Source of the DNA: an uncultured Methanosarcinales archaeon
Lineage (GTDB): Archaea; Nanobdellota; Nanobdellia; Woesearchaeales; JABMPP01
Reading direction: 5' to 3'
Assembly (NCBI GenBank): GCA_964604995.1
Contig: CAZSAD010000018.1
Span: 1 to 33,717, forward strand
DNA: 33,717 nucleotides
Shown here one piece after another: positions 1 to 10,327 of the stretch. The notes below the pieces were generated by a model that saw only the letters and a list, made by a program, of their open reading frames with translations, was not told the origin of the DNA and ran no database searches. Numbering within the stretch: position 1 is the stretch's first letter; each line of letters begins with the position of its first letter. The position numbers were made by a program, and so were the translations under genes.

Positions 1-336
1 GAATTGAAAACTTATATTTGGATGCAACAAAATTTACAGCCAGATACTAAAGTTTTTGCTTATACTGCACCATTATTTGTCATGGGTTTTGATATGAATA
101 ATTGTGTGTGGTGCGATGATGAAAAAGAATTTTTAAAAAATGCATTTGCTCTTTCACCTAATGAACTTAAATTATGGATGAAATCAAAAAATTATGGGTA
201 TATTGTTATTGGGGGAAGAGATGCTAGGAATTTTGGCATAAATGAAACAACAGAAAAACTTACTGAACTTCAAAAAAGTGGATTTTTCCAACCGGTTTAT
301 GGAACATCTGGAGCAGTTATTTTAAAGGTAATATAA
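1..336 (+). CDS. C-terminal fragment of a probable GT-C membrane glycosyltransferase (5'-truncated by window edge)
   Basis: Frame is open from base 1 (ELKTYIWMQQNLQPDTKVF...). The 'W..N+..D.KV' start and 'L..+MK.KN.GYIVI...F..VY...GAVILKV' ending resemble the extracytoplasmic tail of archaeal GT-C proteins. Glycan-cluster context. Confidence 0.5.
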   Translation, partial: ELKTYIWMQQNLQPDTKVFAYTAPLFVMGFDMNNCVWCDDEKEFLKNAFALSPNELKLWMKSKNYGYIVIGGRDARNFGINETTEKLTELQKSGFFQPVYGTSGAVILKVI

Positions 337-405
337 ATAAGTGTTATAATTTACAAAAAGTTAAGTTATAAACATTTAAAACTAATTAAATAATGTGTGA
401 AAGAG

Positions 406-1068
406 ATGGCTAAGCATAAAAAAACAAAGCATGGATTGGGAGATGAATATTTCAAAACTAGATTTGATTTTGATAAAAGACGAAATATTGTCTGGAAACA
501 CATTACAGATTATATGAAAAGATGGATTTCTAAAGAGGATGTTGTGTTGGAACTTGGTGCAGGTTATTGTGATTTTATAAATAATGTTAATGCCCAAGAA
601 AAACATGCTTTAGATACAAGCAAGCTTCCAATGCGTTATGCGAATAAAGATGTTAAAAAACATATTCAATCGTGCACAAATTTAAAAAATTTCAAAAGAG
701 AAAGCATGGATATTGTTTTTGCAAGCAATCTTTTTGAGCATTTAAGTATGAGTGATTTTCACAAAAGTGTAGAGCAAATTAAAAGAGTGCTAAAAAAGAA
801 TGGAAAATTTATAATAATCCAACCAAATTATAAATATTGTTATAAAGAATACTTTGATGACCACACACATATAACAATTTTTACACACGAAAGCATTAGT
901 AATGGAATAGGGACTCATGGTTTTAAAATAATTGAAAAAAAAGCAAAATTTCTCCCATTCTCAATGAAATCGAAACTTAAATTTTTATCAGGGCTTACAG
1001 GTATATATTTACGCTTACCCGTGAAGCCATTTGCAAAACAAATGCTTATTGTTGCAAAAAAACAATGA
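406..1068 (+). CDS. class I SAM-dependent methyltransferase
   Basis: Motif I VLELGAGYCDF, DIVFASNLFEHL, and RVLKKNGKFII. ATG at 406 preferred over GTG at 397. TTATAAA box at 366-372. Confidence 0.88.
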   Translation: MAKHKKTKHGLGDEYFKTRFDFDKRRNIVWKHITDYMKRWISKEDVVLELGAGYCDFINNVNAQEKHALDTSKLPMRYANKDVKKHIQSCTNLKNFKRESMDIVFASNLFEHLSMSDFHKSVEQIKRVLKKNGKFIIIQPNYKYCYKEYFDDHTHITIFTHESISNGIGTHGFKIIEKKAKFLPFSMKSKLKFLSGLTGIYLRLPVKPFAKQMLIVAKKQ

Positions 1069-1086
1069 AATATAAGAGAAAATAAA

Positions 1087-2748
1087 ATGAAAATAAAAAA
1101 GTTATTTGACAAAAAATATTGGTGGTTTTATTTAATTTTTGCAATTGGTATTTTTTTAAGAGCGATATCTTTGAATTATCCTTTAATAAATGATGAATCT
1201 GGTTGGACAAAGTGGCTTTTTTCTAGCCCTTATGTATTAAGAATAGGACATCCACCATTATCCATCATGTTTTTCAGATCATTCCTAACCTTAACAGGAG
1301 TTAGCCCGTTGAATTTTAGACTGATACCTTTTATTTTCTTTTTTGTAAATAGTTATTTGATTTATCTACTTGCAAAAGATTTAGGCAAGAAAGTAATTAT
1401 GATATCTTTATCAATTTACGCGATATGCTGGTGGGGATTTTTATCAAGCTTAATGATTGATCAAGACAATACAATTATGACTGCATTATTTTTATTAAGT
1501 TTTTATTTTTATAAGACTTATATCAAAACTAAAAAAATAAAGTATTTAATTTTGACAGGAATAATTTTCGGGATTTCTTTGTTGTCTAAAATATCAGGCA
1601 TCTTGATTTTTGGAATGATAGGATTATACACTTTAATAAATATGAGATGGAACTGGGATAATTTTTTGAAAGAATCTAAAAACTTGATGGTTGTAGGAAG
1701 TATTGGTGCTTTATTTTTAGGAATATATATTGTAATATTAAAAATTTGGTGGCCTACTTGGATAGGTTTAATTTTTAATAGAGTTCCCAGTTCATATAGT
1801 GGAATATCTGGGTTTCATCTTTTTTATTTTTTAATTTGGGGAACACCGCTTTTAGTAGGATTGCTAGTTATTGGATTATTAAAACATTTTAAGAAACTTA
1901 AATTTTATATTTCTTGGGTAATAATTACATTAATTGCTTTTTCTATTATAGGTACACCACTAATAGCATCTTTTGATAGATATTTAATGATTATGCTCCC
2001 TGCACTTTTTGTAATAGGTGGCTTTGTAATTTACAAAATGCAACTTGAAAAAAAACATTTTATTTTTATGGTAGGAGTTGTAGTTTTATATTCAATTTTA
2101 TTTGTTTATCTTAATACCAAAACAAAGTATATTACGCACTCATTTTCAACGTACTTTTATAATTTGATACATTTTAACTGGCTATTTTATCTTCCGATAA
2201 CAGGAGGGACTGGTCCTGCAATAGGAATTGATTTTTTATCACTAATGTTAACAATGATAATTGCAATGTTTTTAGTTTTGTTGATATTATTAACTTTCAA
2301 AAATAAAAATAAGAATTTAAAAAAATATTTATTTGTAAGTTTTATTGCTACATCTTTAGTACCTAACTTTTTTCTTATAGAGGAATATGCATTTGGACTT
2401 GTGCATCCCTCTGTTAAAGATAGTATTGATGGTGTTCTCAATTATATTGAAATAAATAAAGATAAGATGATATCGCCGGTATATACTAATTCGGATACTT
2501 TTAATCATTATTACATAGAAAGTATTACGGGTAAAGATAGTTTTAAAAGGTATATTAGTCGAGATATAACCTTTAATGACTCTGAAAAGTTATATAAAAC
2601 ACTAAAGCTTGAAAATGCATCAATTATATTTTTAAATTATCCTTTCGTATCCAAAACTAATAATATTTGGAATATTTTAAACAAATGTGAAGAAGTGAAA
2701 TCATTTTATTCTAAAGAAATTAAATTAATTACTGTTTATCAATGTTAA
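1087..2748 (+). CDS. ArnT/PMT-like (GT-C) membrane glycosyltransferase
   Basis: N-terminal TM followed by a DE loop (LINDES), HPPL, FRLIP, LLSK and DRYL motifs. About 12-13 hydrophobic segments and a soluble C-terminal tail. Confidence 0.82.
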   Translation: MKIKKLFDKKYWWFYLIFAIGIFLRAISLNYPLINDESGWTKWLFSSPYVLRIGHPPLSIMFFRSFLTLTGVSPLNFRLIPFIFFFVNSYLIYLLAKDLGKKVIMISLSIYAICWWGFLSSLMIDQDNTIMTALFLLSFYFYKTYIKTKKIKYLILTGIIFGISLLSKISGILIFGMIGLYTLINMRWNWDNFLKESKNLMVVGSIGALFLGIYIVILKIWWPTWIGLIFNRVPSSYSGISGFHLFYFLIWGTPLLVGLLVIGLLKHFKKLKFYISWVIITLIAFSIIGTPLIASFDRYLMIMLPALFVIGGFVIYKMQLEKKHFIFMVGVVVLYSILFVYLNTKTKYITHSFSTYFYNLIHFNWLFYLPITGGTGPAIGIDFLSLMLTMIIAMFLVLLILLTFKNKNKNLKKYLFVSFIATSLVPNFFLIEEYAFGLVHPSVKDSIDGVLNYIEINKDKMISPVYTNSDTFNHYYIESITGKDSFKRYISRDITFNDSEKLYKTLKLENASIIFLNYPFVSKTNNIWNILNKCEEVKSFYSKEIKLITVYQC

Positions 2749-2749
2749 T

Positions 2750-4480
2750 TTATCGATCTTGTTCTTTTTCCCAATTACAAGGAGTTAATACTTCAATAGG
2801 ATCAATTTCATGTGATAAATTATAGATTACCATTTTATTATCTATAGAATAGGTTTTATAAGAAATTTTACTTTTATCTAAGTAATCTGTCAATTTGCCA
2901 ATTAATGAAGAAGAGTTGTAAAAAACATAGGATGTATCAGGTTTATTTTGCATAAGGTTTTCTATTTTAGGGTATTGATTTACACATTGACAAATATTGC
3001 ATGAAGCTATTATTTTTTCATTAGTGTAAAATAACAATCTCCATTTTGTTGGATGGTCCGTATAAACATAGGTGATATTATTTACTTCAAGAAAATTTAC
3101 CAAATTAGTTATGCTTTTAGTATCTTTAGTTTTAAAATCATTTAAATTTGCAAATAATGAACTGAGAAGCAGAATAAAGATTAACACGTAAGAGATTTTT
3201 ATGTTGATGAAACCAAATAATTTTGATGAATGAAATTTAGTTTTAGATTTTTTATTTCTCATAAAATTAGTAAATAAATTATCTATCTTAACTAAAGAGA
3301 CAGATACCAACATTAAAATAAAAGAGAAAATTGGAAAAAAGTGTCTAGAATCTGTAAATCCTGAAAGAATGTAGGTAGTTATCCAAAACAAGAGGAAACC
3401 TAACAAAAATAATTCTTTAGAATGTTCGTTTAATTTAAGATTGAATTTCTTAGTAGGCCATAATGCTTTGATACAAAGCAAGATACTTTTGAAATTTGTT
3501 ATTATCAAAAACAATAAAAGTGTAAGTGAAATAAAATAATAAAACAAATTACCAAATATTTCAGTAAGAGTCACAGTAAAAAAATAGGTAATGGAAAATG
3601 GGGATTTGGAGTCTCCTAAAAAGATTTGACAAGGATTTAGTATACGGTCCCCATATGACATTTGATTAGGCAATAAATTATTTGTGCATGCAAATCTATG
3701 AATTGCATTTCCTGCCATGAAATGTTTTGCATTCGCAAAATTATTGGTTGCATTATAATAGATTAAAGGGGAAAGTGCTAAAATTAAAGATATGAAAAAT
3801 ATGAAAAATTGTTTTGTAAGAAAAAATTTTTTGTCGATTAGATACCAAAAAACAATAAAATATAACAAAAATACAATTATGTATTCAAGATTCCACCATC
3901 CGATACCAAAAAGAATGGCTGCAAAAATAAGATTTCTTGTTTGATTTTTGTTAAGAAGAAAAATTTCATAGAAAAGAAATGAAATTGTAACAAACAAAAG
4001 CAAAGTTTCCATATATCCTGCAAATCCTGCAATATTCATTTTAGAAAAAAATAAAGGAGAAATTGATGATAGGGCTAAAGTGTATAATGCGACGGTATTT
4101 CCAAAAAATTTCTTCATAAAAAAATACATGATAATCATTAAAATAAATGAGAAAAAAAGTGGCACGAGCCTGTAGGCAAATGCTGTAACTCCAAATATTG
4201 AAAAAGGAATTATTGCAAAATAAGAATCGATTGCTGCACCTCCAATATATGGTTCCCCATAAATAAAATAATGCAACTCGCCATTATTATAAGTATTCAT
4301 TGCCATAACAGCCATAGAAGCAGGATCTCCCCCTAAAGATTTCTCACTTGTTAATAATAGAGTAATTCTTATAGCTAAAAAAATTAACAACAATATTCCA
4401 ACAATAAGGATATTTATAAGAGAGACATTTTTAAGATTAATTTTCTTTTTTTCAAATGAGCTGTTTGTTTTTTTTACCAT
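2750..4480 (-). CDS. ArnT/PMT-like (GT-C) membrane glycosyltransferase
   Basis: TM then GGDPASMAVMA, YGEPYIG, AYRLVP, PLIYYN and RHFFP motifs. Multi-TM protein with a C-terminal extracellular domain. Convergent with the previous gene (1-bp gap). Confidence 0.8.
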   Translation of the reverse strand: MVKKTNSSFEKKKINLKNVSLINILIVGILLLIFLAIRITLLLTSEKSLGGDPASMAVMAMNTYNNGELHYFIYGEPYIGGAAIDSYFAIIPFSIFGVTAFAYRLVPLFFSFILMIIMYFFMKKFFGNTVALYTLALSSISPLFFSKMNIAGFAGYMETLLLFVTISFLFYEIFLLNKNQTRNLIFAAILFGIGWWNLEYIIVFLLYFIVFWYLIDKKFFLTKQFFIFFISLILALSPLIYYNATNNFANAKHFMAGNAIHRFACTNNLLPNQMSYGDRILNPCQIFLGDSKSPFSITYFFTVTLTEIFGNLFYYFISLTLLLFLIITNFKSILLCIKALWPTKKFNLKLNEHSKELFLLGFLLFWITTYILSGFTDSRHFFPIFSFILMLVSVSLVKIDNLFTNFMRNKKSKTKFHSSKLFGFINIKISYVLIFILLLSSLFANLNDFKTKDTKSITNLVNFLEVNNITYVYTDHPTKWRLLFYTNEKIIASCNICQCVNQYPKIENLMQNKPDTSYVFYNSSSLIGKLTDYLDKSKISYKTYSIDNKMVIYNLSHEIDPIEVLTPCNWEKEQDR

Positions 4481-4506
4481 TTTGTTTAATGTAAATTGTT
4501 AAGTGA

Positions 4507-4542
4507 TTGGTTTATTGGTTGGTTTATTGGTTGGTTTATTAG
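4507..4542. repeat. 12-bp tandem repeat x3 (TTGGTTTATTGG)
   Basis: TTGGTTTATTGG/TTGGTTTATTGG/TTGGTTTATTAG read directly in the intergenic gap. Confidence 0.9.
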
Positions 4543-4579
4543 TTTAATTATTAGTTGGATTTTATTAATATTTTGTGTA

Positions 4580-5452
4580 TTAAACTAAAAGCTTTGCACT
4601 AAAATCGTGAAATTTAAAATTATTTGGAAGCATCTTTCTTGTTGATTTGAAGTCGATATGTTCATTTAAATTTATAAGGCTAACTAAACTATCACTTCGC
4701 ATATTTAGTTTAGGTAAAAAAGTTTCAACAATTTTTAAACCCAAATATAATATAAAAAATGGGATAGGTACAAAAATTATTTTTTTTGAATGACTTTGAG
4801 AGATTATTTTTAGTATTTGCCTAAATGTAAGCCCATTTGGAGATGCTGCAATAATTGGAGAAGAGATTATTTTTTTTGTTTTTACAAGATATAAAATTAG
4901 TTTTCCTAGATCTTCATGATAACATAAATAAAGAGTTTGATTTCCACTTTTGATTAAGGGAATAAATTTTGAGAGATTCACTAACTTATTTAATGTTCCA
5001 ACCATGCCTGCTGAATTTTTTCCATAAATTAAACCTGGCCTTATTATTATAGCACCAATTTTTTTTGCTTCTTTTTCTATTGCAAGTTTGGCTTTACCGT
5101 AATGTGTTTTACAACCATCAAAAGCACTTACTGTTGAAAGAAATAAAATTTTATTTACTCCTGCTTTTTTTGCAGTTTTTAGTAAATCAATTGAACCTTG
5201 CACATTTATTTGGTTTATGTCTTTAGGTTTTCTTAATTTGAAATCGTATGCACAATGAATTAAAACATCAAAACCTTGTAAACTTTTATAATAAATTGGT
5301 TTACCTAATTCAAAATATATGAATTGCTCATTTTTCTTTAAACTTTTAGAAGCTGTTCTTCCAAGCTCAAAAACTTCTTCACCTTGCTGCCTTAGGTAAT
5401 CTACAATTTTTGAACCAACATACCCATTTGAACCAGTTACTGCAATACGCAT
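4580..5452 (-). CDS. NAD(P)-dependent epimerase/dehydratase family protein (atypical SDR)
   Basis: TGSNGYVG Rossmann motif, HCA, YGKAK (YxxxK) and IRPGLIYG. C-terminal amphipathic segment VPIPFFILYLGLKIVETF. Confidence 0.85.
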   Translation of the reverse strand: MRIAVTGSNGYVGSKIVDYLRQQGEEVFELGRTASKSLKKNEQFIYFELGKPIYYKSLQGFDVLIHCAYDFKLRKPKDINQINVQGSIDLLKTAKKAGVNKILFLSTVSAFDGCKTHYGKAKLAIEKEAKKIGAIIIRPGLIYGKNSAGMVGTLNKLVNLSKFIPLIKSGNQTLYLCYHEDLGKLILYLVKTKKIISSPIIAASPNGLTFRQILKIISQSHSKKIIFVPIPFFILYLGLKIVETFLPKLNMRSDSLVSLINLNEHIDFKSTRKMLPNNFKFHDFSAKLLV

Positions 5453-5532
5453 ATTTTATCCCCAACTCCATATTTATTATTTATATTGAATAATTATTGA
5501 TTATTAATTATTTTTTTTAGTTGATTTTTAGT

Positions 5533-7137
5533 TTAATCAAATTTATCATATTCAAAGCCTATCCTATAAGCATTAGCCATAATGGTAAAAGTAATTGTTT
5601 GTGCACATATGCTTGGAAATACACTGGAATCGACAAGATGTACTCTTTTTAATCCCATAGGTCTTCCTAAAATATCACTTTTGATAGCATTATTTTCAGT
5701 TTTTTGTGAATAGGATTTCATTGGAAAACTGCCACCATAATGATTACCTTCTCCAGCCCTCCCGATATTAGCTAAAGGTATTAGAGGGATTAGTCCGAAA
5801 TAACGAATGTTTTTAACAAGCTTTAATGCCAATGAATACACTTTCTTTTTTGCATTTTTATTTTCTTTTATTTTAACAAACATTTTATCTGAATCATCCA
5901 ATCTTACAGTAAATCTTGAAGAACTGTCTGAGTGCAAATAACCTTGCAAAATATACATTCTTCCGAGCATTTTATTGAGGAACCATGAAAATGGTTTATA
6001 GAGTGGTCCAAACATTTTCTTCATTGCATTTTGATAAAGATCATTATAAGTATAAATCTGTAAATGTACTGAATTTTTATCAAAATCTTTATCCATTAAT
6101 TCGATGTAGAGTTGTGCTAGAGCATGTAATCTTTCAGTACTTAAGTTTTTTACACCTTTCAATCTTATGATGGGGATTAAAAAGTATTGTGAATCAAGCA
6201 TCTCAATTTCCTTATTTTTTAGTTTTAAAGAATTGATCATTATCTTTGTTGTTGCAAGTGATCCACATCCTAAAAAAACTTTATTAGCATCAAATTTTAT
6301 TTGTTTTTTTGACTCCAAGGAATTAGCAAAGATTAATATTTTGTCTTTTTTCTCTTCTACTTTTGTTACAACAATTCCTTTGATATATTTGAAATTAGGA
6401 TGATTAATGAGTTCTTTTAATGTAAATGAGGTGTCATATATCAATTTGTAAGGGCAACCATACATACAAAGATTACAATATATACATCCTTTTGAAGAGG
6501 GTTTATGATTATTTAAAAAATTAAAATTAACAGCTAATCTAGAACTTCCAAAATAGAAACCTTTGTTGTTTAATTGTTTTTTATTTTTATTTAAATCAAA
6601 AAGAAGAGAAGATGCTTGAGTACTATAATGGAAAGGTTGAGGTTCTTTACAGTAACTTGGAAATTGTTTTAAAAGTGAATCCTCATTTAATGAAAGAGGC
6701 ATAAAATTTAATACTTTGATATAATAGGGTTGGAGTTCTTTAATTTTAAAAGGCCATTCTTTGAAATCACTATCAAGATAAGGCATAACTGATGCTCCCC
6801 AAACTGCACTTAATCCACCTTGTCCAAAAGAAGGCTTACATATTGCGCCGTCATAAGAAGCATTAATATACTTATCAGCTTGCTGATAGGGATAATTTGA
6901 ACCATAAATATACTTTGTTGAAACTCCCTTTACATTAGCTTGCATATTTCCCTTTATTTCATTAATATCTTTTTGTGACCAATTATTGTTACTAGTTGTA
7001 TATAACTTATCGAGAATTTTTTGCTTGTTTAATTCAAGCTTAATACCTGCATCTAACATTGTAACTGATTCACCACGCTCAATAAGTGCTTTAGCACAAG
7101 ATATTCCTGCAGGACCTGAACCAATTACGAACATCAT
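5533..7137 (-). CDS. GMC-family FAD-dependent oxidoreductase
   Basis: VIGSGPAG FAD motif, GGLSAVWGA, CIYCNLCMYGCP Cys cluster, HYGGSFPM, and a C-terminal VDSSVFPS...TIMANAYRI. SD-like GGGTGGG upstream. Confidence 0.85.
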   Translation of the reverse strand: MMFVIGSGPAGISCAKALIERGESVTMLDAGIKLELNKQKILDKLYTTSNNNWSQKDINEIKGNMQANVKGVSTKYIYGSNYPYQQADKYINASYDGAICKPSFGQGGLSAVWGASVMPYLDSDFKEWPFKIKELQPYYIKVLNFMPLSLNEDSLLKQFPSYCKEPQPFHYSTQASSLLFDLNKNKKQLNNKGFYFGSSRLAVNFNFLNNHKPSSKGCIYCNLCMYGCPYKLIYDTSFTLKELINHPNFKYIKGIVVTKVEEKKDKILIFANSLESKKQIKFDANKVFLGCGSLATTKIMINSLKLKNKEIEMLDSQYFLIPIIRLKGVKNLSTERLHALAQLYIELMDKDFDKNSVHLQIYTYNDLYQNAMKKMFGPLYKPFSWFLNKMLGRMYILQGYLHSDSSSRFTVRLDDSDKMFVKIKENKNAKKKVYSLALKLVKNIRYFGLIPLIPLANIGRAGEGNHYGGSFPMKSYSQKTENNAIKSDILGRPMGLKRVHLVDSSVFPSICAQTITFTIMANAYRIGFEYDKFD

Positions 7138-7147
7138 TTATTCCCAC

Positions 7148-7192
7148 CCATTATTAATCAGATTATTATTAATCAGACCATTATTAACCAGG
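7148..7192. repeat. 15-bp imperfect tandem repeat x3
   Basis: CCATTATTAATCAGA/TTATTATTAATCAGA/CCATTATTAACCAGG. Confidence 0.88.
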
Positions 7193-7229
7193 TTATATGA
7201 TTTAATTATAGCTCAATAAAATTAACAGA

Positions 7230-9164
7230 TTACATTTTAATTTTTTGAGGATTAATATCTTCCATGAATATTTTATGCCATAATTCAAGATTAACAAGAC
7301 TCCAAAGCTGCCTTCCATAATACATTTTGGAATGCTTATAGTTTCCAAATATCTTGTTTACCTGTTGTTTTTCAACAAGACTATTTTTTATTATACTTCC
7401 CTTATTTAATAAATCGTGAATTGTGTATTTTAAATCTTTTTCAATCCATACATCAAGCGGCACAACAAATGGCTGTTTTTTTCTATTAATTATATTTTGA
7501 GGAATAAGATTTTTGAATGATTTTTTCATGATGTATTTTGTGGTTGTACCATTTAATTTTAGTTTTGGTGGAAGAGTAAAAGAGTATTCTATTAAACGAT
7601 GATCTAAAAATGGAACCCTCGACTCAATATGAAAAGCCATACACATCTTATCTGGTTTCATTAACAAATCTTCAGGGAGATAATTTTCCATGTCAAATTT
7701 AAGTAGATTGTTAAGAAAATAATTTTTATTTTTAAAATATTTTTTGTTGATTTCTGTCGAGAGATTTAAAGATTTAAGTTTATTTCGATATAATAAAAGT
7801 TCTTCCCTTTCTTTTTCATTGAAAATTGAAACAATTTCAAGATATGCATTTGCTTTATTGTCGTCTATTTCAGTGAAAAAATTAGTAAATCTTTCAAACA
7901 TTTCTTTACCTGTTGATGAACTATAAGGGTAAATTTTATTTAAGAGTTTTAAAGGCAAAAGTTTTACTATTGTACCTGCAACATCCCTTCTAATAAATTT
8001 TGGAAGCCATTTAAATTTGTGCCCCATCATTAAAAATTTATATTGATCATAACCTGCAAATATTTCATCAGCTCCATCTCCGGTTAAGATTACCGTAACT
8101 TTCTTTTTTGCTTCCCTGCTCATTATATAGTTGGGCAAAACTGCAGGATCACTCATGGGTTCGTCAAGATGCCAAACAATTTTTGGAAGATTTTTAATGC
8201 AATCTTTAGTATTTATCATTATTTCTTTATGCTCTGTATTGAAAATTTTTGCAACTTGAGAAGCATATGCAAGTTCATTACCAATTTTATCTCCGGCAAA
8301 CCCTACAGAAAAAGTTTTGATGCGCTCTTTTGGATTTAATTTTGACATAAGTGCAACAATTGTACTTGAATCAATTCCCCCACTTAGATATGCACCAATT
8401 GGAACGTCACTAATCATTCTTCTTTTAACGGAATCTTCAACCAATGAATTAATATTATTAATAATTGCATTTTCAGATTCTTTTTTTATGTTACCATTTG
8501 AATTATTAATCTGCCAATATTTTTTTAATGTCAGTTTTTTTAATTTCAAATCATATGTTAGAGTGTGTGCAGGTTTAAGACGAAATATGTCTTTAATTAT
8601 TGTTTGACTTAGTGCATTGTATCTAAAGCATAAAAAATTATTTAGTGCATTTGCATCCAATTCTTTTTTTAATTCAAAAGAGAGTATTGCTTTCATTTCA
8701 GAAGCAAATATGAAATTACCATCTTTATGGTAATAATATAATGGTTTTTTTCCTACCCTATCTCTTGCTAAAAAAAGTTTTTTGTGTGGGATGTCATAAA
8801 TTGCAAAAGCAAAAAATCCCAAGAATTTTTCAACACATTTTTCACCATATTCTTCATATGAATGAACAATAACTTCAGTATCTGTTTCACTTGAAAAAAT
8901 ATGGCCTTTCTTTTTTAACTCTTCTCTTAATTCAATAAAATTAAAAATTTCACCATTAAAAATTATACAGACATCTTTATTTTCGTTCCATAATGGATTT
9001 CTGCCATTTCTTGATAAATCAATAATACTTAATCTTCTATGTCCGAGTGAAACATATTTATCCGTAAAAAAACCAGAATCATCTGGTCCACGATGTTCAA
9101 TTTTATGGGCCATTTGTTTAATAAGAGTAGAATCATCCCAATTAAACCCAACAATCCCACACAT
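7230..9164 (-). CDS. asnB: asparagine synthase (glutamine-hydrolysing) family amidotransferase, probably glycan-amidating
   Basis: MCGI N-terminal nucleophile places the start at ATG 9164, with GGGTGA as SD. Also HRGPD, GHRRLSIID, FNGEIFN, LSGGIDS, TGDGADE, KPDKMCMA and ESRVPFLD. Confidence 0.93.
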   Translation of the reverse strand: MCGIVGFNWDDSTLIKQMAHKIEHRGPDDSGFFTDKYVSLGHRRLSIIDLSRNGRNPLWNENKDVCIIFNGEIFNFIELREELKKKGHIFSSETDTEVIVHSYEEYGEKCVEKFLGFFAFAIYDIPHKKLFLARDRVGKKPLYYYHKDGNFIFASEMKAILSFELKKELDANALNNFLCFRYNALSQTIIKDIFRLKPAHTLTYDLKLKKLTLKKYWQINNSNGNIKKESENAIINNINSLVEDSVKRRMISDVPIGAYLSGGIDSSTIVALMSKLNPKERIKTFSVGFAGDKIGNELAYASQVAKIFNTEHKEIMINTKDCIKNLPKIVWHLDEPMSDPAVLPNYIMSREAKKKVTVILTGDGADEIFAGYDQYKFLMMGHKFKWLPKFIRRDVAGTIVKLLPLKLLNKIYPYSSSTGKEMFERFTNFFTEIDDNKANAYLEIVSIFNEKEREELLLYRNKLKSLNLSTEINKKYFKNKNYFLNNLLKFDMENYLPEDLLMKPDKMCMAFHIESRVPFLDHRLIEYSFTLPPKLKLNGTTTKYIMKKSFKNLIPQNIINRKKQPFVVPLDVWIEKDLKYTIHDLLNKGSIIKNSLVEKQQVNKIFGNYKHSKMYYGRQLWSLVNLELWHKIFMEDINPQKIKM

Positions 9165-9245
9165 TTTTTTCACCCGGAATTTAAAAATTGAATATTTGAA
9201 AATTGAATATAATGATAACCTTAGAGGGTAATAAAACGTTAGCTA

Positions 9246-10178
9246 TTAACGCATTCTTTTACTGATTAAATCTGCCAAAAGCCCAAAGAAAAATAATTGT
9301 GCTGCGACAAAAACTAAAGCCAATGATAATTCGCCTAGGTGATTAACTACCAGATAATCTCTCCATCCCCTTAATATTCCTAAAATAAGTATGAAAATAC
9401 TAAGTGGAGTAAAAAATTTTAAAGGAGAAAAATAAATAACCATCTTAAAAATTAAAATATTAAATTTGATAAAATCTTTTATAGGATTAATAGAAGATTT
9501 GCCTGTTCTTTTGAAGTAATTAATTGGTATGAATTTCACAGAATAGCCATTTGTTAATGATGCTAAAGTTATGGTTGTTGTAAAGGAAAACCCATCTGGA
9601 AACATTGTCCAAAATTTTTCTGCAAGACTCTTTTTGAAAATTCTAAGTCCTGAGTTTAAATCAGGAATATCCATTCCAGTCATTATTCTTGTCATTTTTT
9701 TAAGAATATATTTAGCAGGTCTTCTCATTACAGGAATAAAAACATTTTTTCCCGTTCTTGCCCCAACAACCATATCATATCCTTGGGTTTCATTAATTAA
9801 TTTTGGAATATCTGCTATAGGGTAAGTACCATCTGCATCTAGAATTAATATCCATTCAAATTTTGATACCCTAATGCCACTTTTAATTGATGCACCATAT
9901 CCTTTGTTTATTGGATGATTTATTTTTATAATATTTGGAATTTGACTAATTATTTGAGGGCTTTTATCTTTCGAACCATCATTAACAACAATAATTTCAA
10001 ATTCTTTTATTGACGAGAGATTCATTACTTTTTTAACAGCAGAAATTGTTTTTGTGATGACTTCTTCTTCATTGTAAACTGGAATTATTACTGAAACACT
10101 AATAGGTTTGGAGCGTTGATTAGACAACTGATTAGATGATAATGTCTTAATTTTAGGTTTAATGTTATTTTTTGCCAT
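9246..10178 (-). CDS. GT2 family glycosyltransferase (DPM/DPG-synthase-like) with two C-terminal TM helices
   Basis: VIIPVYNEE, VNDGSKD, NKGYGAS, DADG, VVGAR and DLNSGLR motifs. Confidence 0.92.
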   Translation of the reverse strand: MAKNNIKPKIKTLSSNQLSNQRSKPISVSVIIPVYNEEEVITKTISAVKKVMNLSSIKEFEIIVVNDGSKDKSPQIISQIPNIIKINHPINKGYGASIKSGIRVSKFEWILILDADGTYPIADIPKLINETQGYDMVVGARTGKNVFIPVMRRPAKYILKKMTRIMTGMDIPDLNSGLRIFKKSLAEKFWTMFPDGFSFTTTITLASLTNGYSVKFIPINYFKRTGKSSINPIKDFIKFNILIFKMVIYFSPLKFFTPLSIFILILGILRGWRDYLVVNHLGELSLALVFVAAQLFFFGLLADLISKRMR

Positions 10179-10327
10179 ATTATTTTAGGTTTTAACGATA
10201 AAAATGAAGAGGGAAGACTATTTTAATCTTTGCAAAATATATTATAAAATAATGAAGGATTTGAAAATAAAAAATTGAAAGAATTGAAAGAATAAATCAA
10301 AAAATATTAAAGATACCAAAAATAAGT

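Noticed and set aside
6986..7219. 77-aa plus-strand ORF with repeated LLIR
   Set aside because: It is antisense to the GMC gene, and the peptide repeat is just the 15-bp DNA triplet read in frame.
9165..9173. GTG start for asnB, and similar extended starts for rfbA (16611), rfbD (15318) and traB (21458)
   Set aside because: For asnB, rfbA and rfbD the upstream GTG/TTG lies in an SD-like sequence; for traB the longer start overlaps the TATA region. AsnB also needs Cys at position 2.
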